This document shows, one piece after another, positions 12,845 through 25,890 of a stretch of 64,000 nt of DNA (position 1 is its first letter; each line of letters begins with the position of its first letter). The DNA comes from Octopus bimaculoides. Lineage: Eukaryota. Position numbers and translations under genes: made by a program. The stretch covers positions 73,326,887 through 73,390,886 of the forward strand of contig NC_068983.1 of NCBI RefSeq assembly GCF_001194135.2, in the 5' to 3' direction. The notes beneath the pieces were generated by a model. The model ran no database searches, had not been told where the DNA came from, and saw nothing but the letters and a program-made list of their open reading frames with translations.

Positions 12845-13128
12845 CTTTTCTCTTTTGTTTCAGTTATTAGACTGTGGCCATGCTGGAGCACCCTCTTCAA
12901 AGGGTTTTAGTCGAACAAATCGACCCCAGTATTTTAATTACGGGGACGTAAATACATTAACACTGTTGTCAAGAGGTGGGGGAAGCAACAAACACACACA
13001 CACATTTCCATCTAACAAATTCACTCACATGACATTGGTCGACCAGGGGTTATAATAGAAGAAATTTGCCTCAGGTGCTGCGCAGTGGGATTGAACCCGA
13101 TACCAAGTGGTTGCAAAGTAAGCTTCTT
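12845..13128 (-). mobile_element. SINE family A, diverged, internally deleted
   Basis: tgtttcagttattagactgtggccatgctggagcacc...gcagtgggattgaacccg. Confidence 0.7.
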
Positions 13129-13414
13129 AGGGGATTTTTTTTCTCTTTTTCATTTTTCTTTTCAAGAAACCCCAACAAATATTTCTTGGGTTTTTTCCCT
13201 GGTAAACTCTGAACTGCCTGCAGAGACATTTTATCTGTCACCATCCTGTCTTACGGACTACATTATCTAATACCTTCTCTTTCTCCAGAGTGGTGGGGAT
13301 TTAACTATTTCTAGCAGGTCGAGCGATAGCATAGAACAGTGGTTCTCAACCGGGGACCATATGACCCTTGGAAGGTCCACAATATACAACATATATATAT
13401 ATTTTTTTATACAG

Positions 13415-13529
13415 TAGGCGCAGAAGTGACTGTGTGGTACCTTGGGCAAGTATCTTCTACTATAGCCTCGGGCCGACCAAAGCCTTGTGAGTGAATTTGG
13501 TAGACGGAAACTGAAAGAAGCCTGTCGTA

Positions 13530-13568
<39 letters not shown>

Positions 13569-13644
13569 NNNNNNNNNNNNNNNNNNNNNNNNNNNNNNNN
13601 NNNNNNNNNNNNNNNNNNNNNNNNNNNNATATATATGTGTGTGT

Positions 13645-13684
<40 letters not shown>

Positions 13685-13888
13685 TTGTGTCTGTGTTTGT
13701 CCCCCCAACATCGCTTGACAACCGATGCTGGTGTGTTTACGTCCCCATAACTTAGCAGTTCGGTAACAGATACCGATAGAATAAGTACTAGGCTTACAAA
13801 GAATAAGTCCTGCGGTCGATTTGCTCGACTAAAGGCGGTGTTCCAGCATGGCCGCAGTCAAATGACTGAAACAAGTAAAAGAGTAAAA
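13415..13888 (+). mobile_element. SINE family A with a head deletion and an N gap in the internal microsatellite
   Basis: taggcgcagaagtgactgtgtggtaccttgggcaag...gactgaaacaagtaaaagagtaaa. Confidence 0.85.
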
Positions 13889-13899
13889 CAATTCTTAAT

Positions 13900-14110
13900 A
13901 TTTGGTTTCAAATTTTGGTACAAAGCCAGCATGTTCGGAGGAGTGTGTAAGTCGATTACATTGACCCCCAGTGCTCAACTGGTACTTATTTTAACGACCC
14001 GAAAGGATGAAAGACAAAGTTGACCTAGGTGGAATTTGAACTCAGAATGTAAAAACGGATGAAATGTCGCTAAGCATTTTGCCCGGTGTGCTAACGATTC
14101 TGCCAGCTCT
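13900..14110 (-). mobile_element. SINE family C
   Basis: cccgaaaggatgaaagacaaagttgacc...aatttgaactcagaatgtaaa...ctaacgattctgccagctc. Confidence 0.7.
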
Positions 14111-14642
14111 CCATCCAAACAATTACTGATTATATTTAATTATAAAAATATAATGGGATTTTTTTAAAAAACTTCAAATGGCTATGAGGAGGGGCCAGTA
14201 GTGTAAAAATGGAATGAAAAGGGTCCAGTGGCGAAAATTGGTTGAGATTCACTGGCGTAGAACATCGATTTTCAACCTTTTTATTTTTTTCAGTCCAAGA
14301 CACACCGAATACGGTGCAAAAACTGTTTATGTATATCATAAGCTTTTTAAAAGCGATATTACACACACACACATACACATACACGCGCGCGCATACATGG
14401 ACTGAACGCATGCGCACAATTATATATGCATATGAAAAACAGGCGCACACTAAAAGGTAATGAAGTACACATACACTTTGTGTAGTTAAGTAGCATGCTC
14501 ACTACTACATGAATGCAAATTTCTCTCTATACAACACATAGGCATCTTTGCACACGTTAACCAATTCAGATTATTATCCCCCGCCCAAGAACTGCCTCGA
14601 TAAAGATTTGCCACTTTCTTTATTCTGCCTAGAAAAAATATA

Positions 14643-15130
14643 TATTTTCTACTCTAGGCACAAGGCCCGAAATTTTTTTGCGGGGGGGGGGGGNNNNNNN
14701 NNNNNNNNNNNNNNNNNNNNNNNNNNNNNNNNNNNNNNNNNNNNNNNNNNNNNNNNNNNNNNNNNNNNNNNNNNNNNNNNNNNNNNNNNNNNNNNNNNNN
14801 NNNNNNNNNNNNNNNNNNNNNNNNNNNNNNNNNNNNNNNNNNNNNNNNNNNNNNNNNNNNNNNNNNNNNNNNNNNNNNNNNNNNNNNNNNNNNNNNNNNN
14901 NNNNNNNNNNNNNNNNNNNNNNNNNNNNNNNNNNNNNNNNNNNNNNGGGGGGGGGGGGGGGCAGTCGATTAGATCGACCCCGGTACGAAACTAGTAGTTA
15001 ATATATCGACTCCGAAAGGATGAAAGGCAAAGTCGACCTCGGCGGAATTTGAACTCAGAACGTAACGGCAGACGAAATACCACTAAGCATTTCGCCCGGC
15101 ATGCTAACGTTTCTCTCCAACTCGCCGCTT
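14643..15130 (-). mobile_element. SINE family C with an N gap in its poly-G/C tract
   Basis: ctactctaggcacaaggcccgaaattt...gtcgattagatcgacccc...gtcgacctcggcggaatttgaactcagaacgt...ctcgccgc. Confidence 0.8.
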
Positions 15131-15183
15131 TCTAGGAAATATATATCAGAGACACACACACACGGTACATACATATATGCACA

Positions 15184-15366
15184 CACTAGCGTACCTAGGG
15201 GGGGGGGGACAGTAGGGGCGGTCCGCCCCGTGTGACACTTTTAAAGGGGAGGTACTTTTGGGTCTGCTGTAGGCAATATGTGTTTTTTTTTTTTTTGTGG
15301 TGCCCCCGGGAGGGGGGGGCAACGGAAGGGCTACCTCGGGCGGAACACACTCTAACTACGCTAGTG
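15184..15366. mobile_element. Short MITE with 10-bp TIRs, related to 8026-8321
   Basis: cactagcgta / tacgctagtg are a perfect inverted pair; the right end gcggaacacactctaactacgc resembles ggtggtacacactctagctacgc at ~8295. Confidence 0.65.
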
Positions 15367-15400
15367 CGCATGCACATATACTCACATTCAAGCTCTCTTA

Positions 15401-15797
15401 TCTTTTACTTGTCACTTGTTTCAGCCACTAGATTGCGGCCATGCTGGGGCACCGCCTTGAAGGGCTTACTCGAACATATCAACCTTAGTACTAGCTTGAT
15501 ACTTATTCTAAGACTTTTTTGCCGAACCGCTAAGTTACAGGGATGTAAATAAACATTGGGTAGGACAAACACATACACAAAGATACACGCATATAAATAC
15601 ATACGTATATGTGTGTGTGGTGTACATATATACACACACATACGATGGGTTCCTTTCAGTTTCCGTCCACCAAATCATAAGGAAATGGTCGGCTCGAGGC
15701 TATAGCGAAAGACACTCGCCCAAGGTGCCACGCAATGAGACTGAACCCAGAACCATGTGGTTGAGAAGCAAGCTTCTTACCACACAGCCACGCCTGT
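15401..15797 (-). mobile_element. SINE family A, diverged full-length copy
   Basis: Tail, microsatellite and head (...cttcttaccacacagccacgcctg) are all present. Confidence 0.8.
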
Positions 15798-15979
15798 AAT
15801 TTCTTTTTAAAATTAGCAGAAAGGGCTGTGGGTTGGCAGAATTGTTGGGCAAAATGCATTGCTGCATTTGCTCCGGCTCTTTATGTCTGAACTTTAAACC
15901 CCACCTCGATCAACTTTGCTATTTTGTGAATTAACCTTCCATACAAAATTGCGTACTGAGGTCGACACACGGATACATA

Positions 15980-16205
15980 TGATAATGGTTTCAAACTTTG
16001 GAATAAGGCCAGGAATTTTTAATGGAAAAGGCGTAACTCGATCACATCGACCCAGCACAGAAACTGATACTTTATTTTATCGACCTCGAAGGGATGAAGG
16101 GCTAAGTTGATCTCGGCAGGATTTTCACTCAGAAGGTAAAGAATCGGAAGAAATGTCGGTGAGCAGTTTGTCCGACTTGCTAACGATTCTGCCAGCTGGC
16201 TGCTT
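15980..16205 (-). mobile_element. SINE family C, diverged
   Basis: atcgacctcgaagggatgaaggg...ctaacgattctgccagctgg. Confidence 0.6.
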
Positions 16206-16209
16206 TATG

Positions 16210-16753
16210 TAGTGATCCACAACCACCGGACTACGGATAGGTATCGAGCCGCACAGAAAAAATACATACTCTTACTTGTTTCAGTCATTTGACTGCGGCC
16301 ATGCTGGAGCACCGCCTTTATAGTCGAGCAAATCGACCCCAGGACTTATTCTTTGGATGCCTAGTACTTATTCTATCGGTCCCCTTTGCCGAACCGCTAA
16401 GTTACGGGGACGTAAACACACCAGCATCGGTTGTCAAGCAATGCTGGGGGTGGGACAAACAGACACAAACACATATATACATATATATATATATACATAT
16501 ACGACGGGCTTCTTTCAGTTTCCGTCTACCAAATCCACTCACAAGGCTTTGGTCGGCCCGAGGCTATAGTAGAAGACACTTGCCCAAGGTGCCACGCAGT
16601 GGGACTGAACCCGGGACCATGTGGTTGGTAAGCAAGCTACTTACCACACAGCCACTCCTGCGCCTATATATTATTATCACGGTTTGAATGCTTTTGCATT
16701 ATATATGTGCGTGATCCCCCTCGGTCCGTGGTACAAAAAGTTGGTGACCGTTG
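16210..16753. mobile_element. hAT-type MITE interrupted by a family A SINE
   Basis: Ends tagtgatccacaacc / gttggtgaccgttg are imperfect TIRs of the cagtggtccccaacc type; 8-bp flanks gctttatg and gccttacg. Confidence 0.6.
16268..16666 (-). mobile_element. SINE family A, full length, close to consensus
   Basis: On the minus strand the head reads taggcgcaggagtggctgtgtggtaag (A-box-like)...ggttcagtccc (B-box-like), then ccttgggcaag, an internal (TA)n and the tail gactgaaacaagtaag. Confidence 0.92.
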
Positions 16754-17499
16754 GCCTTACGGATACATTAGATAGTATAGTCCAACATATATTAAGGACA
16801 TAATGGTAACAACTAGAAGGGGACCCCCCACAAACACACACACAAGGAACCCCTCCCGGACTATGTGAATGAGAGGAAGACCATGGAGGAATTTCAAAAT
16901 AGCGTAGGGCACAGCATCAAGTTGTAAAATGCACTTTAAATGAACAATACTTAATAGGGTTTTCGATATTGTATTTGTTTTAATTTTTCAAAGATACGTG
17001 ATGATGTTTTTTTTAATTATTATGCTCATTTTTGTGATTGGGGTTATTATATAATTAATGTGATATTTTACATCTCAGAGAAGTGTTCATAAACTACAAA
17101 TAATAGTAAAAATTATGATTTAAAAATTCCTTGTATTTTTGTCTTCGGGGTTTGTTCCCTACACTCCAGCTAGAATACCTTTCATTGGATATCATATGGC
17201 TGACCAGAAGCTAAGTTACAACACATTTACGCAAAATCAATCTCCCTGGCGGTCAATATTTTGCAAGTCCATAAAATAAGTTTAATCCAATGCTCCCCAC
17301 CCCTGCCGCCTCTTATAGTCATTTGGTCATTTCGCTCCTATCACGTTATTCCAACTCAGATGTGTGGTGGATACTGAAGGTTGCTAACATGTAAATAGTG
17401 AAAGCGACTTTTTTTTTTCGATTACTTGGGAAATGATCTACGTATACCAACATGTGTACGTATACCACGTTCATACATTCACGCATATAAATACACACG

Positions 17500-17553
<54 letters not shown>

Positions 17554-18200
17554 CATACAGACATTCCCTCCGTCCATACATACATACACATATCAAAACT
17601 ACAAGTAAATAAACAAAGGGACATAATATTTATAGTATTTAATGTTATTCGTTCCAACACTAACAATTCTGATTGCACTTTAACATCGTTATTCCTCCAC
17701 CCCACCCCACCCAGTGGCTTCGAGGATGTGATTATCTCGGAAATACTGATATCATTAGAGTAGTTAACCTAATCCGTCTTAATTTCCAAGACCACACAGT
17801 CAGGAAGCAAAAAGAAAAGAAAAGCATTTTCTCTTGCCCAAGTCGTTGAAGAAGTCACAGATTGTGTGACGAAAGAACTTTGACGGACAAATAAAATTAA
17901 CAAAAAATAATACTAATAAAACTAAGGCGAAAAGTATTTTCCTTTTCAGCGTGTTAATTCATAAGGCGACGGATTCTTCAAACCAAGCCAACCGACATGC
18001 AAACCTAAAGGGTAGACCAAGAACGAGACGGTTGGAATCCAGCTGGAAAGTTTAAGAACGGTTGCTTCTGACTGAACCCTTTGCAGAAGGTTTCTGAGGA
18101 CTCTTATCCCCATGACCCTCTCGGCAATAGTGGGGCAGGGATGGACGAATGGATTTATATAATCTGCCACGATGAGATTTACCATTCCTATTTGCCTTTA

Positions 18201-18583
18201 TTGTTGTTGTTGGCACTCCGTCGCTTACGACGTCGAGGGTTCCAGTTGATCCGATCAACGGAACAGCCTGCTCGTGAAATTAACGTGCAAGTGGCTGAGC
18301 ACTCCACAGACACGTGTACCCTTAACGTAGTTCTCGGAGATAATCAACGTGACACAATGTGACAAGGCTGGCCCTTTGAATTACAGTCACAACAGGAAGT
18401 AAGAGTGAGAGAAAATTGTGGTGAAAGAGTACAGCAGGGTTCGCCACCATCCCCTGCCGGAACCTCGTGAAGCCTTAGGTGTTTTCGCTCAATAAACGCT
18501 CACAACGCCCGGTCTGGGAATCGAAACCGCGATCCTATGACCGCGAGTCCGCTGCCATAACCACTGGGCCATTGCGCCTCCAC
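18201..18583 (-). mobile_element. SINE family B, full length with TSD
   Basis: tRNA-like head gtggaggcgcaatggcccagtggtta...ggtttcgattccc, (CAA)n tail, flanking direct repeat atttgccttta. Confidence 0.93.
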
Positions 18584-18844
18584 ATTTGCCTTTATATATA
18601 GTGGCCTTCCGACGATTCTTTGGTTGGAGGAACTTCCTTACTAGTTCGCTTCGCAGCCACATAGTTTCGGGTTCGGCCACACTGCAAGACATTGGGGCAA
18701 ATATCGATTATTTATAGCCCAAGGGTTGACCAATGGTTTGCGAGTAAATTAGGTAGATGGAAACTGCGTGGAATCCTGTCGTATATTTGTGTGTGCGCTC
18801 GCGTACATCGTCGTGGAATAAAATTTTTTAAAAACATATTACAC

Positions 18845-19137
18845 ATGGAGGAAAATTGATTTCTTACCATGCCTTATAATAATAATGATGAGAAAGTCAT
18901 AAAAATTAAGAATTTCTATTTTAAAAAAACCCTTCATTTCTATAATATATATACTCATGGTCCACGGTTAGGTAAGTTTCATAGAGTTAGGCAATTTAGA
19001 CCTTAATGCTAGGCAAATTGGGACTTAATATACATAATACAGAAATTTAAGTTTTTTTGATAAAAAATCTTAATTTTTATGACTTTCTCATCATTATTAT
19101 TATTATAAGACATGGTAGGAAATCAATTTTCCACCAT
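18845..19137. mobile_element. Foldback/MITE-like element with ~90-100 bp inverted arms
   Basis: atggaggaaaattgatttcttaccatgccttataataataatgatgagaaagtcataaaaattaaga matches the reverse complement of ~19065-19137 with few mismatches. Confidence 0.8.
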
Positions 19138-19150
19138 ACTCTCTCTCTCT

Positions 19151-19558
19151 CTCTTTTTACCCTTTTACTTGTTTCAGTCATTTGACTGCGGTTATGCTGG
19201 AGTACCGCCTTTGGTCGAGCAAATCGACCGCAGGACTTATTCTTTGTAAGCCTAGTACTTATTCTATCGGCCCCTTTTGCCGAACCGCTAACTTACGGGG
19301 ACGTAAACACACCAGCATCGGTTGTCAAGCGATGTTGGGTGGACAAACACAGACACCCAAACACACACACATATATATACATATACATATATACGTCGGG
19401 CTTCTTTCAGTTTCCGTCTACCAAATCCACTCACAAGGCTTTGGTCATCTTTAGGCTATAGTAGATAACACTTGCTCAAGGTGCCACGCAATGGGATTGA
19501 ACCCGGAACCATGTGGTTGGTAAGCAAGCTACTTACCACACAACCACTCTTGCGCCTA
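19151..19558 (-). mobile_element. SINE family A, full length
   Basis: Near-consensus tail, internal microsatellite and head ending tgcgccta. Confidence 0.9.
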
Positions 19559-19980
19559 TGTGTAATATTTTTTAAGGGTGGGATGTAAAAAAGGAGGTCT
19601 TTCTGTGTTCATTTCTTGACCATCAGTGTAGGTTTGTTTACGTCCCATAATATAGCGTGTCGGCAAAAAAGAGAACTATTTCCTAGAACAAGTACCAGAC
19701 TTAAAATAGGCCTAGGGAGTTTAAATTAAATTCTTTAATGCTTTGCCCCAAGTAAAAAAAAAAAAGCCTTTACGTGGTAGATCGATCTGCTAGAAATAGC
19801 AGTCTAATATCTTTTAAATCACATCTTACATAAAGATAGGGTACGTTGTATAGTCATTTAAAATATTACTCTTTTACTTTGCGGCCATGCTAGAGCACCA
19901 CTTTTAGTCGAACTGATCGACCCCAGGACTCATTCTTTATACGCCTAGTACTTATTCTATCAGTTTCTTTGGTTAATATA

Positions 19981-20017
<37 letters not shown>

Positions 20018-20019
<2 letters not shown>

Positions 20020-20480
20020 TAAGTAGCTTGCTTACGAACCACATGGTTCCGGGTTCAGTCCCACTTGGGCAAGTGTCTTCTACTATAGCCTCGGGCCGAC
20101 CAAAGCCTTATGAGTGGATTTGGTAGACGGAAACTGAAANNNNNNNNNNTACTATAGCCTCGGGCCGACCAAAGCCTTATGAGTGGATTTGGTAGACGGA
20201 AACTGAAAGAAGCCCGTCGTATATATGTGTATATATATATATGTATGTATGTGTGTGTGTATATATGTTTGTGTGTCTGTTATAGCCCCCCCCCCAACAT
20301 CGCTTGACAACCGATGCTGGTGTGTTTACGTCCCCGTAACTGAGCGGTTCGGCAAAAGAACCCACAGAATAAGTACTAGGCTTACAAAGAATAAGTCCTG
20401 GGGTCGATTTGCTCGACAAAAGGCGGTGCTCCAGTTTGGCCACAGTCAAATGACTGAAACAAGTAAAAGAGTAAAAGAGA
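20018..20480 (+). mobile_element. SINE family A; 59 bp are repeated on both sides of a 10-N gap
   Basis: gtggtaagtagcttgcttacgaaccacatggttccggg...gactgaaacaagtaaaagagtaaaagag. Confidence 0.85.
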
Positions 20481-20978
20481 ATAAAGGGGCGATTAGAATT
20501 AATCAACAATACCTTAAAAATGGTAGCATTAAAAATAAAATACAGAATGGTCTCAACTGGAATCTCTTACATTATAAGTCTATTACATCAGAACAAAGTG
20601 GAGCTCAACAAATAAAATAAATATACACAGAAATAAACGCATACACACACACTCACACATATATGCACACACCTAAACCCATAAGAACAAAATACTTTGC
20701 ATTCCAAAGGTATTGAGTTCCGCCTTGCATTTTGGATTCCCTAATCATTTAATAAGGTATATCTAATATTCCAGCATGGCCACAGTCAAATGACTGAAAG
20801 AAGAAGAAGAATAAAAGAATGCCCGCTTTACGGAGGCACGTAACATGCATGCAATACTGCAACGGGAAAAAAGATTTCAAATTGACTTCTATGTAACACA
20901 GAAACCGTCGGTCGGGTGGGTAAGTTTCGGAATCTCACACGACAAAGTTTGGAATGACTTTGGTCATTGGTCTGCTCA

Positions 20979-21335
20979 GGCGGAACTGACCCGTGGCTGT
21001 GTGGTAAGAAGTTTGCTTCCCAGCCACTTGGTTCCAGGTTCAGTCTAACTGCATGGGCAAATGTCTTCTGCTATAGCCTCGAGCCGACCAAAGACTTGTG
21101 AGTGAATCTGGTAGATGGAAACTGAAAGAAGCCCGTCGTATGCGTGTGTCCCACCACTGCTTGACAAACAGGTGTCGGTGTGTTTACGTCCTCGTAACCT
21201 AGCGGTTCGGCACAGGAAGACAATAAAGTACCAGGCTACCAAAAAAATAGTACTGGGGCCGATTCATTCGACTAGAAATTCTTCAAGGCCGTGCCCCAGC
21301 ATGACCACAGTCTAATGACTGAAACAAGTAAAGGA
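20979..21335 (+). mobile_element. SINE family A, diverged
   Basis: cgtggctgtgtggtaagaagtttgcttccc...ccccagcatgaccacagtctaatgactgaaacaagtaaa. Confidence 0.75.
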
Positions 21336-21944
21336 CAGAAAGGTAAAAGCAACAAAACTTACCGGTCAGGAGAATTTGCAAAAGCTATGGTCACAGCCCA
21401 ACACACACACACACATACACATATATATAAACACACATATACACATACACTGGTCATAACCTCTGCAGGCCGTCCCTGAAGGGTAGTTTTGTTGCTGTTA
21501 TTGTTTAAAACCGAACTAGCTCCGAACGAACAGATCCTAATCAATCAAGCCAGATTAAGCATTACCAAAATATTTCCTTTTCTATTTTACTTAAGACAGT
21601 AAGCTTTGTGATTTGAGGGAGATTTAGCTGCTATTTCTAGCAGGAGGAGCGACCCCGAAGAGATTCCCTCGCTGACACGATATTGTTTAGTCTCATGTCA
21701 GTCAGCCCTGATCGAGCAGATCCATTATCACATGCATTCCAGCCATGGCCATCCATTCATTATGACGACCACTACACTATCTTGGGGCGTCCTGAGGGAT
21801 GGCCTAGATAGATATAGATAGATACACAATCTTAATGTTCTTCCCATTTTTAAGAGAAAGGGCTGTCATTTGAAAGATTTGGTTGCTATTTCTTGCAAGA
21901 CGAGTGACCACATTGAAGTTTCCTCGTTGCTGTTACTTAGACAC

Positions 21945-22120
21945 AGGACGTAGCAGAGCTGGCAAAATCGTAAGCATACCGGTCAAAATGCTTAGCGGCA
22001 TTTCTTCCGGCCTTACGTTCTGAGTTCGAATGCCGCCGAGCTCGACTTTGCGTTTCATCCTTCTGGGGTCGATAGAATAAATATCAGTTAAGCACTGAGA
22101 TCGGTGTAATCGTCTAACCC
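21945..22120 (+). mobile_element. SINE family C
   Basis: gagctggcaaaatcg...ttctgagttcgaatgccgccgagctcgactttgcgtttcatccttctggggtcgatag. Confidence 0.7.
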
Positions 22121-23044
22121 CCAAGCATCGTACCCATCCATATTAAAATTATTTAGCGACGGGCTGCTCTGGAAAGACAGACCTATGATCAATGGATATT
22201 CCAACCGAGACTATCACCTCTTTTCCCTATATGAAAGGAAACCAGACCACATTAATCAACGCTTTTTGTTGAAGACGGTAGTGTGTGTGTATGTGTGATA
22301 TGGGGAAGATTTGGTTGATAGTTCTAATAGAGTGTATGACCACATAGTGGCACGCTCCCCCCATCGTTCCAGTAAGGTGAGGTGAATGCAAACGATTTTT
22401 TTTTCCTTGATCATGGATTGGAGCGAGGGATTCTCTACGGATTAGGTGCTGGAGAGCAAAGATTAGGCGATGTGCTTGTCGAAAGTCAGATACAGTTGGA
22501 TGGCAAGTAGTTGAAGCAAGGTGTCCTCTGTATGTGTGTGTGTAAAAGAGGGGGGAATGTGTTTAAGAATATGAGAGAATATATGAATGGATGTGTGGAG
22601 GGGAAAGTGTGTGAATGTATGATAGTGTGCGAAAATGTGAACAAAAACTGTTTTAATGTTATGAGTATGCATGAAAATGTATATGCATAGTAATGCATGT
22701 GTGAATGTATAAGTGTATATATGTGTGTACGTATGTATATACGAATAAGTGTGTGATTGCATATCTGTGACTGTGGGTGTATGAATGTGTGCATGTGTCT
22801 GCGGGTGGTATAATAGTTTTGACATTCGTTACATGTGCAATACAAAAAGCTTCATTTTAAGGGTACAGATTAAAATTTTAGTGGTATACAGTAAGTAGGA
22901 GGTTAACGTTTAAGGTTAGCTGTCACAGTTACAGGTAGTAAATGTTTTCACGAAGGCATATTTTGTTTACTAACAATATTTATTTTTCTCAATGTACAAT
23001 AAACACACGGACAAGTTGATAGTGCGTTTATCCGACGTAACTTC

Positions 23045-23240
23045 TTTACCGCTAGTAGCTCGACCCGCTAGAAAAAGCAGTCAAATCTCTCCTCAAATGT
23101 CATCCTACCGTTTTAAAATAGGAAGGATAGTATGGGGGTAATGTAGTCTTTCATATACAAGATGAGGTGGTCATGACTGGAATGATTTTGATCAAAAGTT
23201 CTGCTCGATCAGATTTGACCTGGGGCTAAACAAGAAAAAC
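23045..23240 (+). repeat. Family D repeat
   Basis: gctagaaaaagcagtcaaatctctcctcaaat...gacctggggctaaacaagaa. Confidence 0.6.
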
Positions 23241-23739
23241 GGAAGGACATTGTGTAATGTAGTCCCAAAGACACAAAAGATGAGATGGCTACGGTTGGAA
23301 TGCTTTTCATGCAGAAGGTATGCTAAATTAAATAATCGAAAAAAGGAGCTGCGTTTCGTGTCACGCCACCGACACTGCATTTGTGTCTCTGACGTTCAGA
23401 CAACTTTCGTTGAATCATCTACCAAACTGTAAATAGGTACCATGCTGCGTCGTGTATATGGTTCCTCACTGCATCACAGCGAGATAACATCATTCACGAA
23501 TGCCTGTTTGTTTTTTTCCTCGTTATTTACAAAGCAGGGTGCCGGAACACTCATTCCAGCGTATCAACCGAAATCTTCGGTGGTTATGGCCCATCAACAT
23601 GATGTTTGGATATATATAAGGAAAGAATTTTAATAAGGAGGGTTATAAGCATCGCAAGTTGCAGTCGCTTGGAATTGAAACCAAGTCTTATACTTCTCTA
23701 CTCCTCACAGCTCTCCAATATCTAACGTGGAAACCACTT

Positions 23740-23915
23740 TGTAGTCGTCAAATCTGCTAGAAATAACAGCCAAATCACCCGGAAATAAACTACCGTCTTG
23801 AATAAGGAAAGGACTTATTAGACATTAAAAAGATGGCATGGTGGTGGTTAGGATGGTGACTTTTATATACGTCTTGCTCGATTAGGGCTGACCTGGGGCT
23901 AAACAATAACACTGG
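23740..23915 (+). repeat. Family D repeat
   Basis: ctgctagaaataacagccaaatc...gattagggctgacctggggctaaacaataac. Confidence 0.6.
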
Positions 23916-25849
23916 CTTCTCAACGCAACTGTATGTACATGCTTTGCAGACAGAAAAACTAAAGAAGCCTTAGGAATTATTTGTAACAGATAACAGTGTA
24001 GTGATACGATCACATTGATGGATTAATTTACAGGCAGATAAAACACACACAAACATACATCCACACACATTTTATATATATAACGTACGGACCTTGAGTT
24101 ACTGTTACTTCGGCTAAATATTAATAAAAATATACATATTCTTATATTTTGTGTTCTATTTCTCCTATTTGCCTCAACATAACTATATATGTATATATAC
24201 ACACATACATATATGTATATATTGAACAGTATACGTAAGCGCTTTCGTAAACACACGGCTTAGGAATGAACTCTCGATACAACTATGTATACAAAAAGGT
24301 AGCAACAAGAGTTTGAAAGCTATTTAGTGAATTTGAACTCAATGCGAATAACATGAAAATATCAGCAACATATGTATCCTTACAGAATAATACATGTATT
24401 ATGTACATATCATGTATCCTTTGTGTTCTTTTATTAACCGTGCATCCTAGTATATAGATACAAACGCTACACAACACCCTTCTCTTTCATATTGAACACA
24501 ACAACGATATGTAAATATCCGGATTTCATTGAAATACAACTCACTTTTGCTATGACGTGTGTGTATGCGTGTTTATGAGTGTATATATGTGTGTATTAAA
24601 ATAAATATATACATAATATAGAGATACACGATACATAGTCTGCTATATCATAGATACATGAACAAATAATAAATATATATATATATATATCATGTGTGTT
24701 TGTGTGTGTTTTGTAAAGTTGAAACAAAGATTAAAATCAACTTACCAGCAAACAAATGACCAACAACAACGAATACATTTTTTTCGTTTTGTTTTCGCTT
24801 TGTTGTTTGTTCTTATTAAGGACGTATTATTTCTTTTTAAGAGTGCTCCGTGTTCGTTCGGGTAGGTGTGTAACAGAGGTATGTACGTGTGTGTAGTGTT
24901 GATCTGTTTGAAAAGCTGGGACTTTCTGCACCGGTGGAAATTGTCCCAGTCTTGACTTCACGGCTTAGTGAAGAAAGAAACCAACACTACGTTTGTACAT
25001 ATGTTTGTATGCCGCATATTATATATGTTATGTATAATATATACGTCTGTTAGTATGCGTTATATCTTTGTATACATGTAGGCATGTATTAACGTATATT
25101 ATTAACCATTAAAGGTTGTGTTATTGTTATTATTTGCTTCTTATTCTGCTTTTTTATTTTTACCCCCTTTTTCTGTTTTTTTTTTAATCCCCGTTTCCCC
25201 CCCTCGAAAAAGTGAAGCTAAACCTCTAGCGGCAATAAAGTTTGCCCAGGAAAGAAATGAAAGCGCAGCCGACCCAAAACTCTCCCTCCTCAATGACTAG
25301 GCGGAGAGATAACGACAGACTGACAGGAACAGACAGAAATATATACGGAGAGAGAGAGAGAAACACACACATAGAAAACAAGAGAGAGAGAGAGGCGCTT
25401 TGAGAAAGACAGAAAGAAACAGCCAGATTCAAAGAGATTGAGTGATAGATAGATAAAAACTAAGAGAGAAAGATAGATAGAGAGAGTAAAAGTGAATAAG
25501 AGAGTACTTTTATTTCTTTAGCCGTTTATGACTTTTATTTATTTTTATTTTTTTGACAACACACCGCAAACTATTCTCTTCTCGTCTCTTCGGTTCTCTC
25601 AAACTCTTTCATCTAATGTTTTTTTTTCTCTTTCTCTTTCTTGTTTGCTTCCTTCCGCTCTTTCTACTTTCTTCCACTCTCTCTCTTGCACATTTTCCTT
25701 TGCGATCTCTCTCATACACGTACACAAACGCGCAGCACACACAAACGCACGTACACACAATCTTTATTAGCTGGAAATTTTAGAGTTACTCAAGATCCTA
25801 GAGCTTCATTCCAAGTCCACCACCACATGCGTGCATAGATACATGGTGT

Positions 25850-25890
<41 letters not shown>

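Noticed and set aside
20081-20208. Identical 59-bp direct repeat flanking a 10-N gap
   Set aside because: Both sides share the same private variant (ccttatgag), which is typical of an unmerged contig overlap rather than a real duplication.
24738-24750. Strong minus-strand splice donor (ctg|gtaagtt)
   Set aside because: An isolated 9-mer with no matching exon or acceptor.
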